Virus record (IMG/VR): IMGVR_UViG_3300042731_009409
Span: 29,817 to 93,816 of that record
Length of the DNA: 64,000 nt
Direction: 5' to 3' (one strand)
DNA from: a virus
The notes beneath the pieces are model-generated. The model was not told the DNA's origin, did no database searches, and worked only from the letters and a program-made list of their open reading frames with translations. Below, piece by piece: positions 49,554-57,329 of the stretch (the first letter of the stretch is position 1; every line of letters begins with the position of its first letter). The position numbers and the translations under genes are program-made.

Positions 49554-49813
49554 TTCTCTTCTCCTTCTTCTGTTTTATATTGAAGATAAAACATCTCTTT
49601 TGGTATACTTTTACCACAAAACGGGCAAAATCTAAATGGAAAGTTTAGTTTCCACTGAGGATTGCCTTCATTCCACCCTCTATATTTCTCGAAAGAGATA
49701 CCTTTGCTGGAAATTTGTACACACGTATCACATTCGTATATAGCGGACATATTCCAAGAACGGATGTTTTTGTCAAATTCGCTCATTTTTTTACAGCAAT
49801 ATTTTCGTTTCAT
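49508..49813 (-). CDS. Hypothetical Cys-containing protein
   Basis: YCCKKM...FRFCPFCG. Confidence 0.65.
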   Translation of the reverse strand: MKRKYCCKKMSEFDKNIRSWNMSAIYECDTCVQISSKGISFEKYRGWNEGNPQWKLNFPFRFCPFCGKSIPKEMFYLQYKTEEGEEKCQKNLPSNIKQKKK

Positions 49814-50103
49814 TTTTTCAGGAACTGTTTTGGTATATTTTCTTCTAGATCTTCGAAATTAACAACAGTTGGATAAACTGTTGTCGCACCAATCACAAAA
49901 TCAAAATGTGGTTTGTGTGTGTATAATATCAGAACGCCTTGGTTGTCCAACCTGTCTATTTCCGGAAACCGGGATAATGGCGAGCCATCAATAACCCACC
50001 TATATATCGTATTTTCTTCTAGCCATTTCGAAGCCTTTTTTGTAAAATTTATGTATATTCTATTGTTTTCTTTCATTATTTTTTTCTCCTTGGTTATTTG
50101 CAT
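49810..50103 (-). CDS. Hypothetical protein (WLEENT family, distant)
   Basis: ASKWLEENTIYRW. Confidence 0.6.
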   Translation of the reverse strand: MQITKEKKIMKENNRIYINFTKKASKWLEENTIYRWVIDGSPLSRFPEIDRLDNQGVLILYTHKPHFDFVIGATTVYPTVVNFEDLEENIPKQFLKK

Positions 50104-50219
50104 AATTTAGTGGGGTAGTATTTTGGCTATTTTCAAAAAAATTATTTGCATTATATGATGGGGTGCTATGCCTCCAATAAAAGCCACCCGGCCCAGAACC
50201 GATCGTGAGTGGGGGCCTA

Positions 50220-50417
50220 TCAACCTATTGTCCCATTTCTATTCCACAATAATACATCATTATATAATGACAGTACTTCAGATAGCGTATCTACTCTGGT
50301 TTGGAGCTCTATTATGCTTAAGTACTTTTCATCACAAAAATCTATATTCCGGATGTATTCTAGATCTCTTGTGGTTGTTCTAATTAATCTTTCTAGTACT
50401 TTTTCAAAGGCTACCAT
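50220..50417 (-). CDS. Hypothetical protein
   Basis: AGGA RBS. Confidence 0.45.
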   Translation of the reverse strand: MVAFEKVLERLIRTTTRDLEYIRNIDFCDEKYLSIIELQTRVDTLSEVLSLYNDVLLWNRNGTIG

Positions 50418-50589
50418 TTTATTTATTTTCCTTGGGGTGGTTCCGTATGGGTATTGTGTTTCTCCTCTGCTTGTTCAGCTATTATTTTGAGCAAAATACT
50501 TAAAATACAAATACACACAAATACGCCCATAACAGCGATTATACCCAACATGATCATTAATATAATAGCAAATATATCCATTTTATTTA

Positions 50590-50814
50590 TCAATCCCAAC
50601 AATCGTCATAATCATCGTCGTCATCATACTCATCTTCGATATAGTCGTCATTATCAACGTCATCCTCATCATCAACACAAACAATCTCTGTTTTCACGCT
50701 TTGGATAAATTGTTTTTTACTTTTTGTTTTTTCTTCCCGGAAGAAATAATTCTCGGTATTCTTGTTTGTGGGTTTGGCCGAATATTTCTCGATTATTTTA
50801 TCTAGATAGTCCAC
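50590..50814 (-). CDS. Small protein with acidic tail
   Basis: DDEDDVDNDDYIEDEYDDDDDYDD. Confidence 0.55.
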   Translation of the reverse strand: MDYLDKIIEKYSAKPTNKNTENYFFREEKTKSKKQFIQSVKTEIVCVDDEDDVDNDDYIEDEYDDDDDYDDCWD

Positions 50815-50903
50815 TTTCTTTTTTTTCCTCTTTGTTTCTCACGGTATTTCTCCGCGTACCACTATGGAGCGGATGGAGAAGACATCGATCCCAGTCTAGC
50901 TTC

Positions 50904-51290
50904 TTACCCCTTCCCATGCCTCTGTCTCCCGCTAAGGTCAAAGACGTCCCCGACACGCATATTCCCGACAGGACAACTCTCACCAGTCTCGGACAGGTAC
51001 TCTGCCAACTGTTCGGCCGGGACCGCCTCAAGCCTCGTCCCTGGGTAATGCTGATACAGCCACGCGCTGAACATTCGACCAAGCTCACCACAGGGGAAAC
51101 TCCGCTGTATCCTCACCTGTTGCTGAATACCACGGATGATAGAGGCGATGTCAGCCACCATCGCCTGGTCGAACCAGTTGAGCTGCTGCCCCCTCGATGC
51201 CCGCTCCAACGCGTCTAGCTGGTCGTCAAAGTCCTCTGGAACAGGGTCGAGCCCCTCTTTGCCTGCCTTTACCTCAATAATAATCTTCAT
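50904..51290 (-). CDS. Hypothetical protein in a GC-rich insert
   Basis: AGGT RBS after class A promoter; GC-rich codons. Confidence 0.65.
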   Translation of the reverse strand: MKIIIEVKAGKEGLDPVPEDFDDQLDALERASRGQQLNWFDQAMVADIASIIRGIQQQVRIQRSFPCGELGRMFSAWLYQHYPGTRLEAVPAEQLAEYLSETGESCPVGNMRVGDVFDLSGRQRHGKG

Positions 51291-51334
51291 TTATAACCTA
51301 CTTACTTTCCTTTATTTATTTCTCTGCTCACATT

Positions 51335-51362
51335 ATTATGACACGGCGTTTGGCTGGCGCAA
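51335..51362 (-). promoter_or_regulatory. Class A repeated promoter
   Basis: TTGCGC-N16-CATAAT. Confidence 0.75.
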
Positions 51363-51445
51363 GTATTTTATCTAAATAGTCTATTACCTTTTCATCCAAT
51401 CTTCGTATTCTGCTTCTGTGAATTTTTACCTCTTTATTTCTTGCG

Positions 51446-51622
51446 CTAAGCGCAAGCGCATTTAAACCCATGACGCTTCAAAGCAGTTTCGGCCGCTTTG
51501 ATTGATTCAAATAGCATTTTGTCGCCAGTAATTTGGTTAATCACCCAGGTTTGTTTTTTGGTTTGGCCGAGCATATTGGAAACTTCCTTTTGCATTATTG
51601 TGTAGATCCCTTTTTCAAACAT
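51446..51622 (-). CDS. Small protein, 58 aa, NUMOD1-like segment (not in ORF track)
   Basis: MFEKGIYT...VINQITGDKMLFESIKAAETAL; GGAG-containing RBS. Confidence 0.45.
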   Translation of the reverse strand: MFEKGIYTIMQKEVSNMLGQTKKQTWVINQITGDKMLFESIKAAETALKRHGFKCACA

Positions 51623-51689
51623 TTTTCCTCTCCTTGTTTCTCACGGTATTTCTCCGTGTCTCATTTCTGGTACACGTAAGGCTATAAGG

Positions 51690-51926
51690 CTAAGCAACGC
51701 TCATTTTACTAAAAGTACAAACAAAGGCTTTCCAGGTCAGCTTGAAATACTCAAGCTTTAAATACCCGATTACTTCGCGAATATCTTGGGTTTCTTTGCT
51801 GTCGCTGGAAAGCATTAAACGAGTAAATTGACCGTTTAGAGCACAAGTGATCATGTTTTTGGCCATTTCGCTGTCATCCCATTGTTTACGCCATGCAATT
51901 GCTTCGTTTATATTTGTTATTTGCAT
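51690..51926 (-). CDS. Hypothetical protein
   Basis: AAGGAAAG RBS after class A promoter. Confidence 0.65.
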   Translation of the reverse strand: MQITNINEAIAWRKQWDDSEMAKNMITCALNGQFTRLMLSSDSKETQDIREVIGYLKLEYFKLTWKAFVCTFSKMSVA

Positions 51927-51963
51927 TTTACTTTCCTTTGTTTGTTTCTCTGCTCACATTATT

Positions 51964-51991
51964 ATTATGACATAGTATTTGGCTGGCGCAA
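51964..51991 (-). promoter_or_regulatory. Class A repeated promoter
   Basis: TTGCGC-N16-CATAAT. Confidence 0.75.
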
Positions 51992-52012
51992 GTATTTTAT
52001 CTAAATAGTCTA

Positions 52013-52411
52013 TTACCTTTTCATCCAATCTTCGTATTCTGCTTCTGTGAATTGGATGTTTTTTATCATGTATCTTGAATCTTGAATATTTGAACAGTTT
52101 GAGCATTTTGAGCAATCTGAGCAGTCTGAGCAGTCAGAACAATCTGAACAACCTGAGCATTCTGAACAACCATAACAATCTGAACAATTTGAGCAGTCTG
52201 AGCAGTCTGAGCAACCATAACAATCTGAACAATTTGAGCAGTCTGAGCAGTCTGAGCAACCATAACAATCTGAACAATTTGAGCAGTCTGAGCAGTCTGA
52301 GCAATTTGAGCAGTCTGAGCATCCAAAACAATCTGAACAACGTATACAGTCTTTGTTCGTTTTTTTCAAAAAACCTGTTCTTCCCAATTTTAATATTTCT
52401 TCTTTTTTCAT
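52013..52411 (-). CDS. Cys-X-X repeat protein, 29 units
   Basis: MKKEEILKLGRTGFL-(CXX)29-IQDSRYMIKNIQFTEAEYEDWMKR; start moved from 52441 to 52411. Confidence 0.85.
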   Translation of the reverse strand: MKKEEILKLGRTGFLKKTNKDCIRCSDCFGCSDCSNCSDCSDCSNCSDCYGCSDCSDCSNCSDCYGCSDCSDCSNCSDCYGCSECSGCSDCSDCSDCSDCSKCSNCSNIQDSRYMIKNIQFTEAEYEDWMKR

Positions 52412-52447
52412 TTTACTTTCCTTTGTTTGTTTGTTGCTCACAATATT

Positions 52448-52475
52448 ATTATGACACGGTGTTTAGTTGGTGCAA
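52448..52475 (-). promoter_or_regulatory. Class A repeated promoter
   Basis: TTGCAC-N16-CATAAT. Confidence 0.75.
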
Positions 52476-52478
52476 CTT

Positions 52479-52643
52479 TTATTTGAAAATTTCTGAATTT
52501 ATGGCCATATCCATAAAAGCGTTCCCGGCGTCAATAAGTGTTTTCGAACAGTGGTCACAAAATAGTTCGTTATCCTCGGACAACCAGCCATTTTCGCTCA
52601 AATCTACTTCTTTGCCACAGATTTCACATTTCAAAGTTTCCAT
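52479..52643 (-). CDS. Small Zn-finger protein (METLKCEICG...FCDHC)
   Basis: C-terminal part of track ORF 52479..52826; RBS AAGGAAAATAAA before this Met. Confidence 0.6.
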   Translation of the reverse strand: METLKCEICGKEVDLSENGWLSEDNELFCDHCSKTLIDAGNAFMDMAINSEIFK

Positions 52644-52687
52644 TTTATTTTCCTTTGTTTGTTTGTTTGTTTGTTGCTCACAATATA

Positions 52688-52729
52688 AATATAGCTGGTA
52701 AAATACTTCCCGCAACTGAACATTTGTTC
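52688..52729 (-). promoter_or_regulatory. Class B promoter with GAAC-N4-GTTC box (52718..52729)
   Basis: GAACAAATGTTC-AG-TTGCGG-N16-TATATT. Confidence 0.7.
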
Positions 52730-52747
52730 TAAAAAAGTACTTTAAAT

Positions 52748-52807
52748 GCATAATCCTTGCTCTTTGATTTGCAAGGATTATGCCCGGTAGGCGCGAAGCG
52801 CCTACCG
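52748..52807. repeat. Two adjacent perfect hairpins (13-bp and 10-bp stems)
   Basis: GCATAATCCTTGC-N10-GCAAGGATTATGC and CGGTAGGCGC-GAA-GCGCCTACCG. Confidence 0.85.
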
Positions 52808-52867
52808 TATATTCTGTGTTCTTCAAATATGTATTTCTCCGTGGCTCATTTCTGGTACACGGGTATT

Positions 52868-53056
52868 TTAGTTTGTTTTAGATTTTTCTGATTTCTGAAA
52901 TTCTTCCCATTCCTTTAATTCTTTCCGGGCAGATATAAGCATTTCTTCAATCTTTTCCGGAGTGGTATTTGATTCTAGATACAGATCAATAATCTTGGTT
53001 ATTCTTTTTCCGTATTCCTCTATATTCAACATTTTGCTTCCTTTCCCGTGTACCAT
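52868..53056 (-). CDS. Small hypothetical protein
   Basis: Coiled-coil like; flanked by 22-bp motifs. Confidence 0.5.
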   Translation of the reverse strand: MVHGKGSKMLNIEEYGKRITKIIDLYLESNTTPEKIEEMLISARKELKEWEEFQKSEKSKTN

Positions 53057-53319
53057 AAATGAGCCACGGAGTAGTTTGTGGGGTTGGCTTTATATTATCC
53101 GAATACTTATTTATTCGGATATTTCCCCGTGTCTCATTTTTGGTACACAGCAACTCCATTTATTATTGTGGCATACAAAAGTACTTGTGCAAACATAAAA
53201 GTACTTTTTCAAATATTTTCCCGTGTACCATTTTTGGGCCACGGAGATATTCTGGGATAAGTATCCTATTGTCCTATTTGCCTATTTTGGTTTACTTTTA
53301 AAAAGGTGAGCCGCCACAA

Positions 53320-53381
53320 GCTCATTTCACCAGAATAAACTATTCTCACTCGCTCATTTCACCAGAATAAACTATTCTCAC
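53320..53381 (+). repeat. 30-bp direct repeat x2 (GCTCATTTCACCAGAATAAACTATTCTCAC) separated by 2 bp
   Basis: Read directly. Confidence 0.9.
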
Positions 53382-53929
53382 CAACAAGAATCACCATATT
53401 CTCACTAACCTGTTTCACCTATCCTCACTAACTTATATCCTCTACTATCATATTCTTACCAGTTCATTTTATTATATTCTCTCTCTTCTTGTATATATAT
53501 TGGGAGGTAAAGAAGTGTTTTTCCTATATATATCCTTTATATTGTTCTTATCTCTCTTTATATCCTCTCTCTCTTATATAGGAGAACTTTATTTTTATAT
53601 TGTGGGGGATTTGGAATATGGTATGTTTTTGAAAGAATAGATGATTTGAAAGTACTTAATATATCTTCCTTCTCTATATATACTCTCGTGTCTCATTTCT
53701 GGTACACGATGGTTTATTCTTTATATTCTTTTATGGGGGAAATATTTATATTTTTTATTTTATTTTGTGTTTATTTTGTGTTTATTTTGGAAAAGAATGT
53801 AACTAGTTGAAATCATTGAAGAAAATTGTATTTAAGCAAAATATGTTAAAAATATGGCTCCGTGTACCAGAAATGAGACACGAGAGCGTATTTTCAACCG
53901 TCTACATTTATGTTTCATCAGCAAGTATT

Positions 53930-54154
53930 TTACCTACTCATCCAGTCTTCGTATTCTTCTTGCGTGAATTGGATGTTGTTTATCTTGTATTTTGAATTTT
54001 GAATATTTAAGCAATCAAAACACTTATAACAATCTGAGCAGTCGGAGTTTTCGCAGTCCAAACAATATAAGCAATACGTGCAATTCTTGTTTGGACCGTT
54101 CCATTGTCTTAAATATCCTGTTCTTCCTAGTTTTAGTAATTCGGTTTTTTCCAT
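53930..54154 (-). CDS. Cys-X-X repeat protein, 8 Cys
   Basis: MEKTELLKLGRTGYL...IQNSKYKINNIQFTQEEYEDWMSR. Confidence 0.85.
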   Translation of the reverse strand: MEKTELLKLGRTGYLRQWNGPNKNCTYCLYCLDCENSDCSDCYKCFDCLNIQNSKYKINNIQFTQEEYEDWMSR

Positions 54155-54194
54155 TATTGTTTCTTTCTTTTTTTGTTGTGTCGTTCACATTATA

Positions 54195-54236
54195 AATATA
54201 GTACTTCAAATACTTTCGACAACTGAACATTTGTTC
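54195..54236 (-). promoter_or_regulatory. Class B promoter with GAAC-N4-GTTC box (54225..54236)
   Basis: GAACAAATGTTC-AG-TTGTCG-N16-TATATT. Confidence 0.7.
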
Positions 54237-54242
54237 TATTTT

Positions 54243-54605
54243 TCAGACAAGCCTTAAAAAAGGGGGATCTTTCTGCGTTTTTTCTGCAGAAGCTTGAGGA
54301 ATGGAATTTTCAATCGTTCCTGCCAACGAATTGAGGTTGATACAATCATAATTGATGTCGATGTAAGTAAATGGAACATCATAGTTTCCACATGCACATG
54401 GTTCTGCACGCAAACCGCGTCGATTTTTTCCTGCAAAAGGCACGATTACTTCTAGTAGACTGTCACAATCCATGCATTTTGCCTTAAATGGTGCAAGATC
54501 ATATTCCTTGCACCATTTTTCTAGATCGACATTATAGATCACCATATGATGAAAACCCAGATCAATATGCTTTCTTTTCCATTTTTGAGTTCTGTTCTTT
54601 TTCAT
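54243..54605 (-). CDS. Hypothetical Zn-finger protein
   Basis: CMDC...CACG. Confidence 0.6.
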   Translation of the reverse strand: MKKNRTQKWKRKHIDLGFHHMVIYNVDLEKWCKEYDLAPFKAKCMDCDSLLEVIVPFAGKNRRGLRAEPCACGNYDVPFTYIDINYDCINLNSLAGTIENSIPQASAEKTQKDPPFLRLV

Positions 54606-54642
54606 TTTCTTTGCTCAAATATAATCATTTGGTATTATCTTT

Positions 54643-54855
54643 CTATTTGTATGGATATATCATTTCGCTTAAATTTTTGTCTTTCTTTCGTTGGACATAA
54701 AATTTACCACCATTTTCAGTTATTTCAGAAAAATACTTTTCCAACCCAATTGCATGCCGAATAACCGATGATACAGTTATTTCATTATCCTCGGCTATTT
54801 TCTCCAAAATTTTCCAAACCTTTTCTGGCAGAGTAGCTTCTATTCTCTTTTTCAT
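54643..54855 (-). CDS. Ribbon-helix-helix (CopG-like) DNA-binding protein, copy 1
   Basis: RIEATLPEKVWKILEKIAEDNEITVSSVIRHAI. Confidence 0.8.
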   Translation of the reverse strand: MKKRIEATLPEKVWKILEKIAEDNEITVSSVIRHAIGLEKYFSEITENGGKFYVQRKKDKNLSEMIYPYK

Positions 54856-54857
54856 TT

Positions 54858-55184
54858 TTACCTACTCATCCAGTCTTTATATTCTGTTTCTGTGAATTGG
54901 ATATTTTTTATCATGAATTTTGAATTTTTAATATTTGAACAACCAAAACAATTTGAGCATTTAGAACAATTTAAACAACCAGAACAACCAGAACAACCAG
55001 AACAACCAATACAATCTAAACAATCTTGGCATTTAGAACAATCTAAACAATCTTGGCATTTAGAACAATCTAAACAATCTTGGCATTCTGAGCAATCAAA
55101 ACAATCTATGCAACGGTGGCAGTCCTTATTTGTTCTTTTCAAAAATCCAGTTTTTCCTAATTTTAACAATTCGGTTTTTTCCAT
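54858..55184 (-). CDS. Cys-X-X repeat protein, 21 units
   Basis: MEKTELLKLGKTGFL-(CXX)21-IKNSKFMIKNIQFTETEYKDWMSR. Confidence 0.85.
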   Translation of the reverse strand: MEKTELLKLGKTGFLKRTNKDCHRCIDCFDCSECQDCLDCSKCQDCLDCSKCQDCLDCIGCSGCSGCSGCLNCSKCSNCFGCSNIKNSKFMIKNIQFTETEYKDWMSR

Positions 55185-55369
55185 TGCTTTTCCACTTTCG
55201 TTTCTATCTTTCCATAATATTCTGGAAACTCACTGATATGTCTCAATCTGGCTTGATAAATGGTTTCATCATCCTTTTTATAACCTTCCGGAAGAGATGG
55301 AATTAAATATACTTCTCCTTCGTCGATATTTTCATTTACAACAAATTCAAAGTTAAATGTCTTGTTCAT
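55163..55369 (-). CDS. Hypothetical protein
   Basis: Coupled ORF. Confidence 0.5.
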   Translation of the reverse strand: MNKTFNFEFVVNENIDEGEVYLIPSLPEGYKKDDETIYQARLRHISEFPEYYGKIETKVEKQWKKPNC

Positions 55370-55640
55370 GTATCCCGTATCTTTCTTTTATTTTGTTCTT
55401 TTGTCCATCAAGGGGCAAATTTATTTCTTTCGGCTTGCCCCACAGTAATTTCCCGCAATTCCATCTGTCAATCCCAATTGACAATGATACTGGTGTTTCT
55501 GGTGGAATAAACTCGGTTGGCATTAAACCATTAAACCACTTTATGCACGTGTTTGATTCAATCCATTTCAGAGTTTTTACTAATTTTTCGCGATTTCTAC
55601 AAAATATTCTAATTTTTTCCATTTTCATAATATTTATCAA
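55353..55640 (-). CDS. Hypothetical protein (WLEENT family, distant)
   Basis: LKWIESNTCIKW. Confidence 0.55.
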   Translation of the reverse strand: MINIMKMEKIRIFCRNREKLVKTLKWIESNTCIKWFNGLMPTEFIPPETPVSLSIGIDRWNCGKLLWGKPKEINLPLDGQKNKIKERYGIHEQDI

Positions 55641-56029
55641 CCCATTTTTTTATATATTTCTCGTATTCTTTGGACATATTCCTCAAACCCAGGCATTTTT
55701 ACGCCGTCTTCATCCTGCATTTTTAAAAAAATGCCCCAAGCTCTTCTACTAACATAATGTGCTTTCATTGCTTCGCGTTTATTTTTGAATGGGCCTAAAG
55801 TATGACTTCCACAAATATTGCAGATATATGAAAGGCTTATAATGTCCTTTGGTTTGTTTGAATGATCACCACAATCCTGACAGACATAAAAATGCAAGTC
55901 TTCCTCATTTTCTGGCCCTAAAATAAAATCGAATTCATTAAACAATTTGTAGTCTTCTTTATTTTTTGACATTTTTGGTTTTCTTAGTTTATTTTCCGAC
56001 TGCCCAACCTCTTTTTTCATACGTTCCAT
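55637..56029 (-). CDS. Zn-ribbon protein
   Basis: CQDCG...CNICGS. Confidence 0.65.
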   Translation of the reverse strand: MERMKKEVGQSENKLRKPKMSKNKEDYKLFNEFDFILGPENEEDLHFYVCQDCGDHSNKPKDIISLSYICNICGSHTLGPFKNKREAMKAHYVSRRAWGIFLKMQDEDGVKMPGFEEYVQRIREIYKKMG

Positions 56030-56183
56030 GTTTATAATGTACTTTTATGACAATTGGATATATTTGTTCACCTTCTTTTCTTTCGTCAAATACTTTAGAG
56101 TACTCTGCATCATCATAAATTTTTCTGCAAGTTAGTTTTTTATCTTTTTCATATTCTGGTGTGATTTCTATTCTCTTTTTCAT
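55989..56183 (-). CDS. Hypothetical protein sharing MKKRIE start with RHH gene
   Basis: Same junction sequence as at 54841-54880. Confidence 0.55.
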   Translation of the reverse strand: MKKRIEITPEYEKDKKLTCRKIYDDAEYSKVFDERKEGEQIYPIVIKVHYKHGTYEKRGWAVGK

Positions 56184-56185
56184 TT

Positions 56186-56656
56186 TTACCTACCCATCCA
56201 GTTTTCGTATTCTTCTTGCGTAAATTGGATATTATCTATCATATACTTTGAATTTTGAATATCAGAACAACCAGCGCAATCAGAACAGCGTGAACACTCT
56301 GAACAACTTAAACATTTTTTACAGCCCGAACACTCTAAACAACCTAAACACTCTGAACAGTTTGAACAGTCTAAACAGTCTAAACAGTCTAAACAACGTG
56401 AGCAGTCTAAACAGTATAAACAGTATAAACAATGTGAGCAACGCGAACAGTCCGAACAACGTGAACAGTCCGAACAACCAGAGCAAGACGAACAACCAGA
56501 ACAACCAGAGCAAGACGAACAACTATAACAATGCGAGCAATCAGAGCATTCTGAACAATCTAAACAATACAAGCATTTGGAACAATTCTTATTTGAATTG
56601 TTCCATTGTCTTAAATATCCTGTTCTTCCTAGTTTTAGTAATTCGGTTTTTTCCAT
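56186..56656 (-). CDS. Cys-X-X repeat protein, 36 units
   Basis: MEKTELLKLGRTGYL-(CXX)36-IQNSKYMIDNIQFTQEEYENWMGR; start moved from 56710 to 56656. Confidence 0.85.
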   Translation of the reverse strand: MEKTELLKLGRTGYLRQWNNSNKNCSKCLYCLDCSECSDCSHCYSCSSCSGCSGCSSCSGCSDCSRCSDCSRCSHCLYCLYCLDCSRCLDCLDCLDCSNCSECLGCLECSGCKKCLSCSECSRCSDCAGCSDIQNSKYMIDNIQFTQEEYENWMGR

Positions 56657-56922
56657 TATTGTTTCTTTCTTTTTTTGTACCGGTATCGGATATGAAAAGC
56701 CGATGAACAACCCATCACATCACAATTATGCGTTTCATCGATTGGGTCGCCTAATACTATAATTTCTGTGTCCGTTTCATAACATTCTCTTAGTATACCC
56801 TCCGGGAAATTCGACAAGGGGACATGGACAATAATTTTATCGTCCCTAAGAATATGTAAAGATGTATTCATTGCCATTTCCTTACTAAAACAAAATATCC
56901 AGACGTTTATTTTCGAATTCAA
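56656..56922 (-). CDS. Hypothetical protein
   Basis: HNCDVMGCSS motif. Confidence 0.55.
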   Translation of the reverse strand: MNSKINVWIFCFSKEMAMNTSLHILRDDKIIVHVPLSNFPEGILRECYETDTEIIVLGDPIDETHNCDVMGCSSAFHIRYRYKKRKKQ

Positions 56923-57103
56923 TTATTTTTTCAACATCTCCGGTCATCTCGATATAATCTGCAATTTCATTGTATTTTTTAAAATTGCAAGATCTCAAAT
57001 ATTTACAAAACTCAGTTATACAAGCGTTAAATTTGTTTTTATCAAATTTAAGATATCTTGTTTTCCTCACAAAATTATCTATAGTTTCAATATGTTTAAT
57101 CAT
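56885..57103 (-). CDS. Hypothetical protein
   Basis: AAGGA RBS. Confidence 0.5.
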   Translation of the reverse strand: MIKHIETIDNFVRKTRYLKFDKNKFNACITEFCKYLRSCNFKKYNEIADYIEMTGDVEKIIEFENKRLDILF

Positions 57104-57115
57104 TTATCATTTCCT

Positions 57116-57328
57116 TTATCTATATGGATATATCATTTCGCTTAAATTTTTGTCTTTCTTTCGTTGGACATAAAATTTACCACCATTTTCAGTTATTTCA
57201 GAAAAATACTTTTCCAACCCAATTGCATGCCGAATAACCGATGATACAGTTATTTCATTATCCTCGGCTATTTTCTCCAAAATTTTCCAAACCTTTTCTG
57301 GCAGAGTGAATTCTATTCTCTTTTCCAT
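57116..57328 (-). CDS. Ribbon-helix-helix protein, copy 2
   Basis: 67/70 aa identical to 54643..54855. Confidence 0.8.
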   Translation of the reverse strand: MEKRIEFTLPEKVWKILEKIAEDNEITVSSVIRHAIGLEKYFSEITENGGKFYVQRKKDKNLSEMIYPYR

Positions 57329-57329
57329 T

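Larger units (their letters stand above)
51655..53882. repeat. Seven copies of 22-bp CGTG-N14-CACG motif (consensus CGTGTACCAxAAATGAG[C/A]CACG)
   Basis: Copies start at 51655, 52840, 53047, 53128, 53222, 53687, 53861, in both orientations. Confidence 0.9.

Noticed and set aside
53320-53381. CRISPR repeat pair
   Set aside because: Only a 2-bp gap between the two 30-bp copies
52013-56656. Multiheme cytochromes
   Set aside because: No CxxCH heme-binding motifs in the Cys tracts
52066-56706. Alternative-frame and antisense repetitive ORFs (52066, 52075, 52134, 54892, 56248, 56319)
   Set aside because: Shadows of the 9-nt CXX repeats, without RBS or conserved caps
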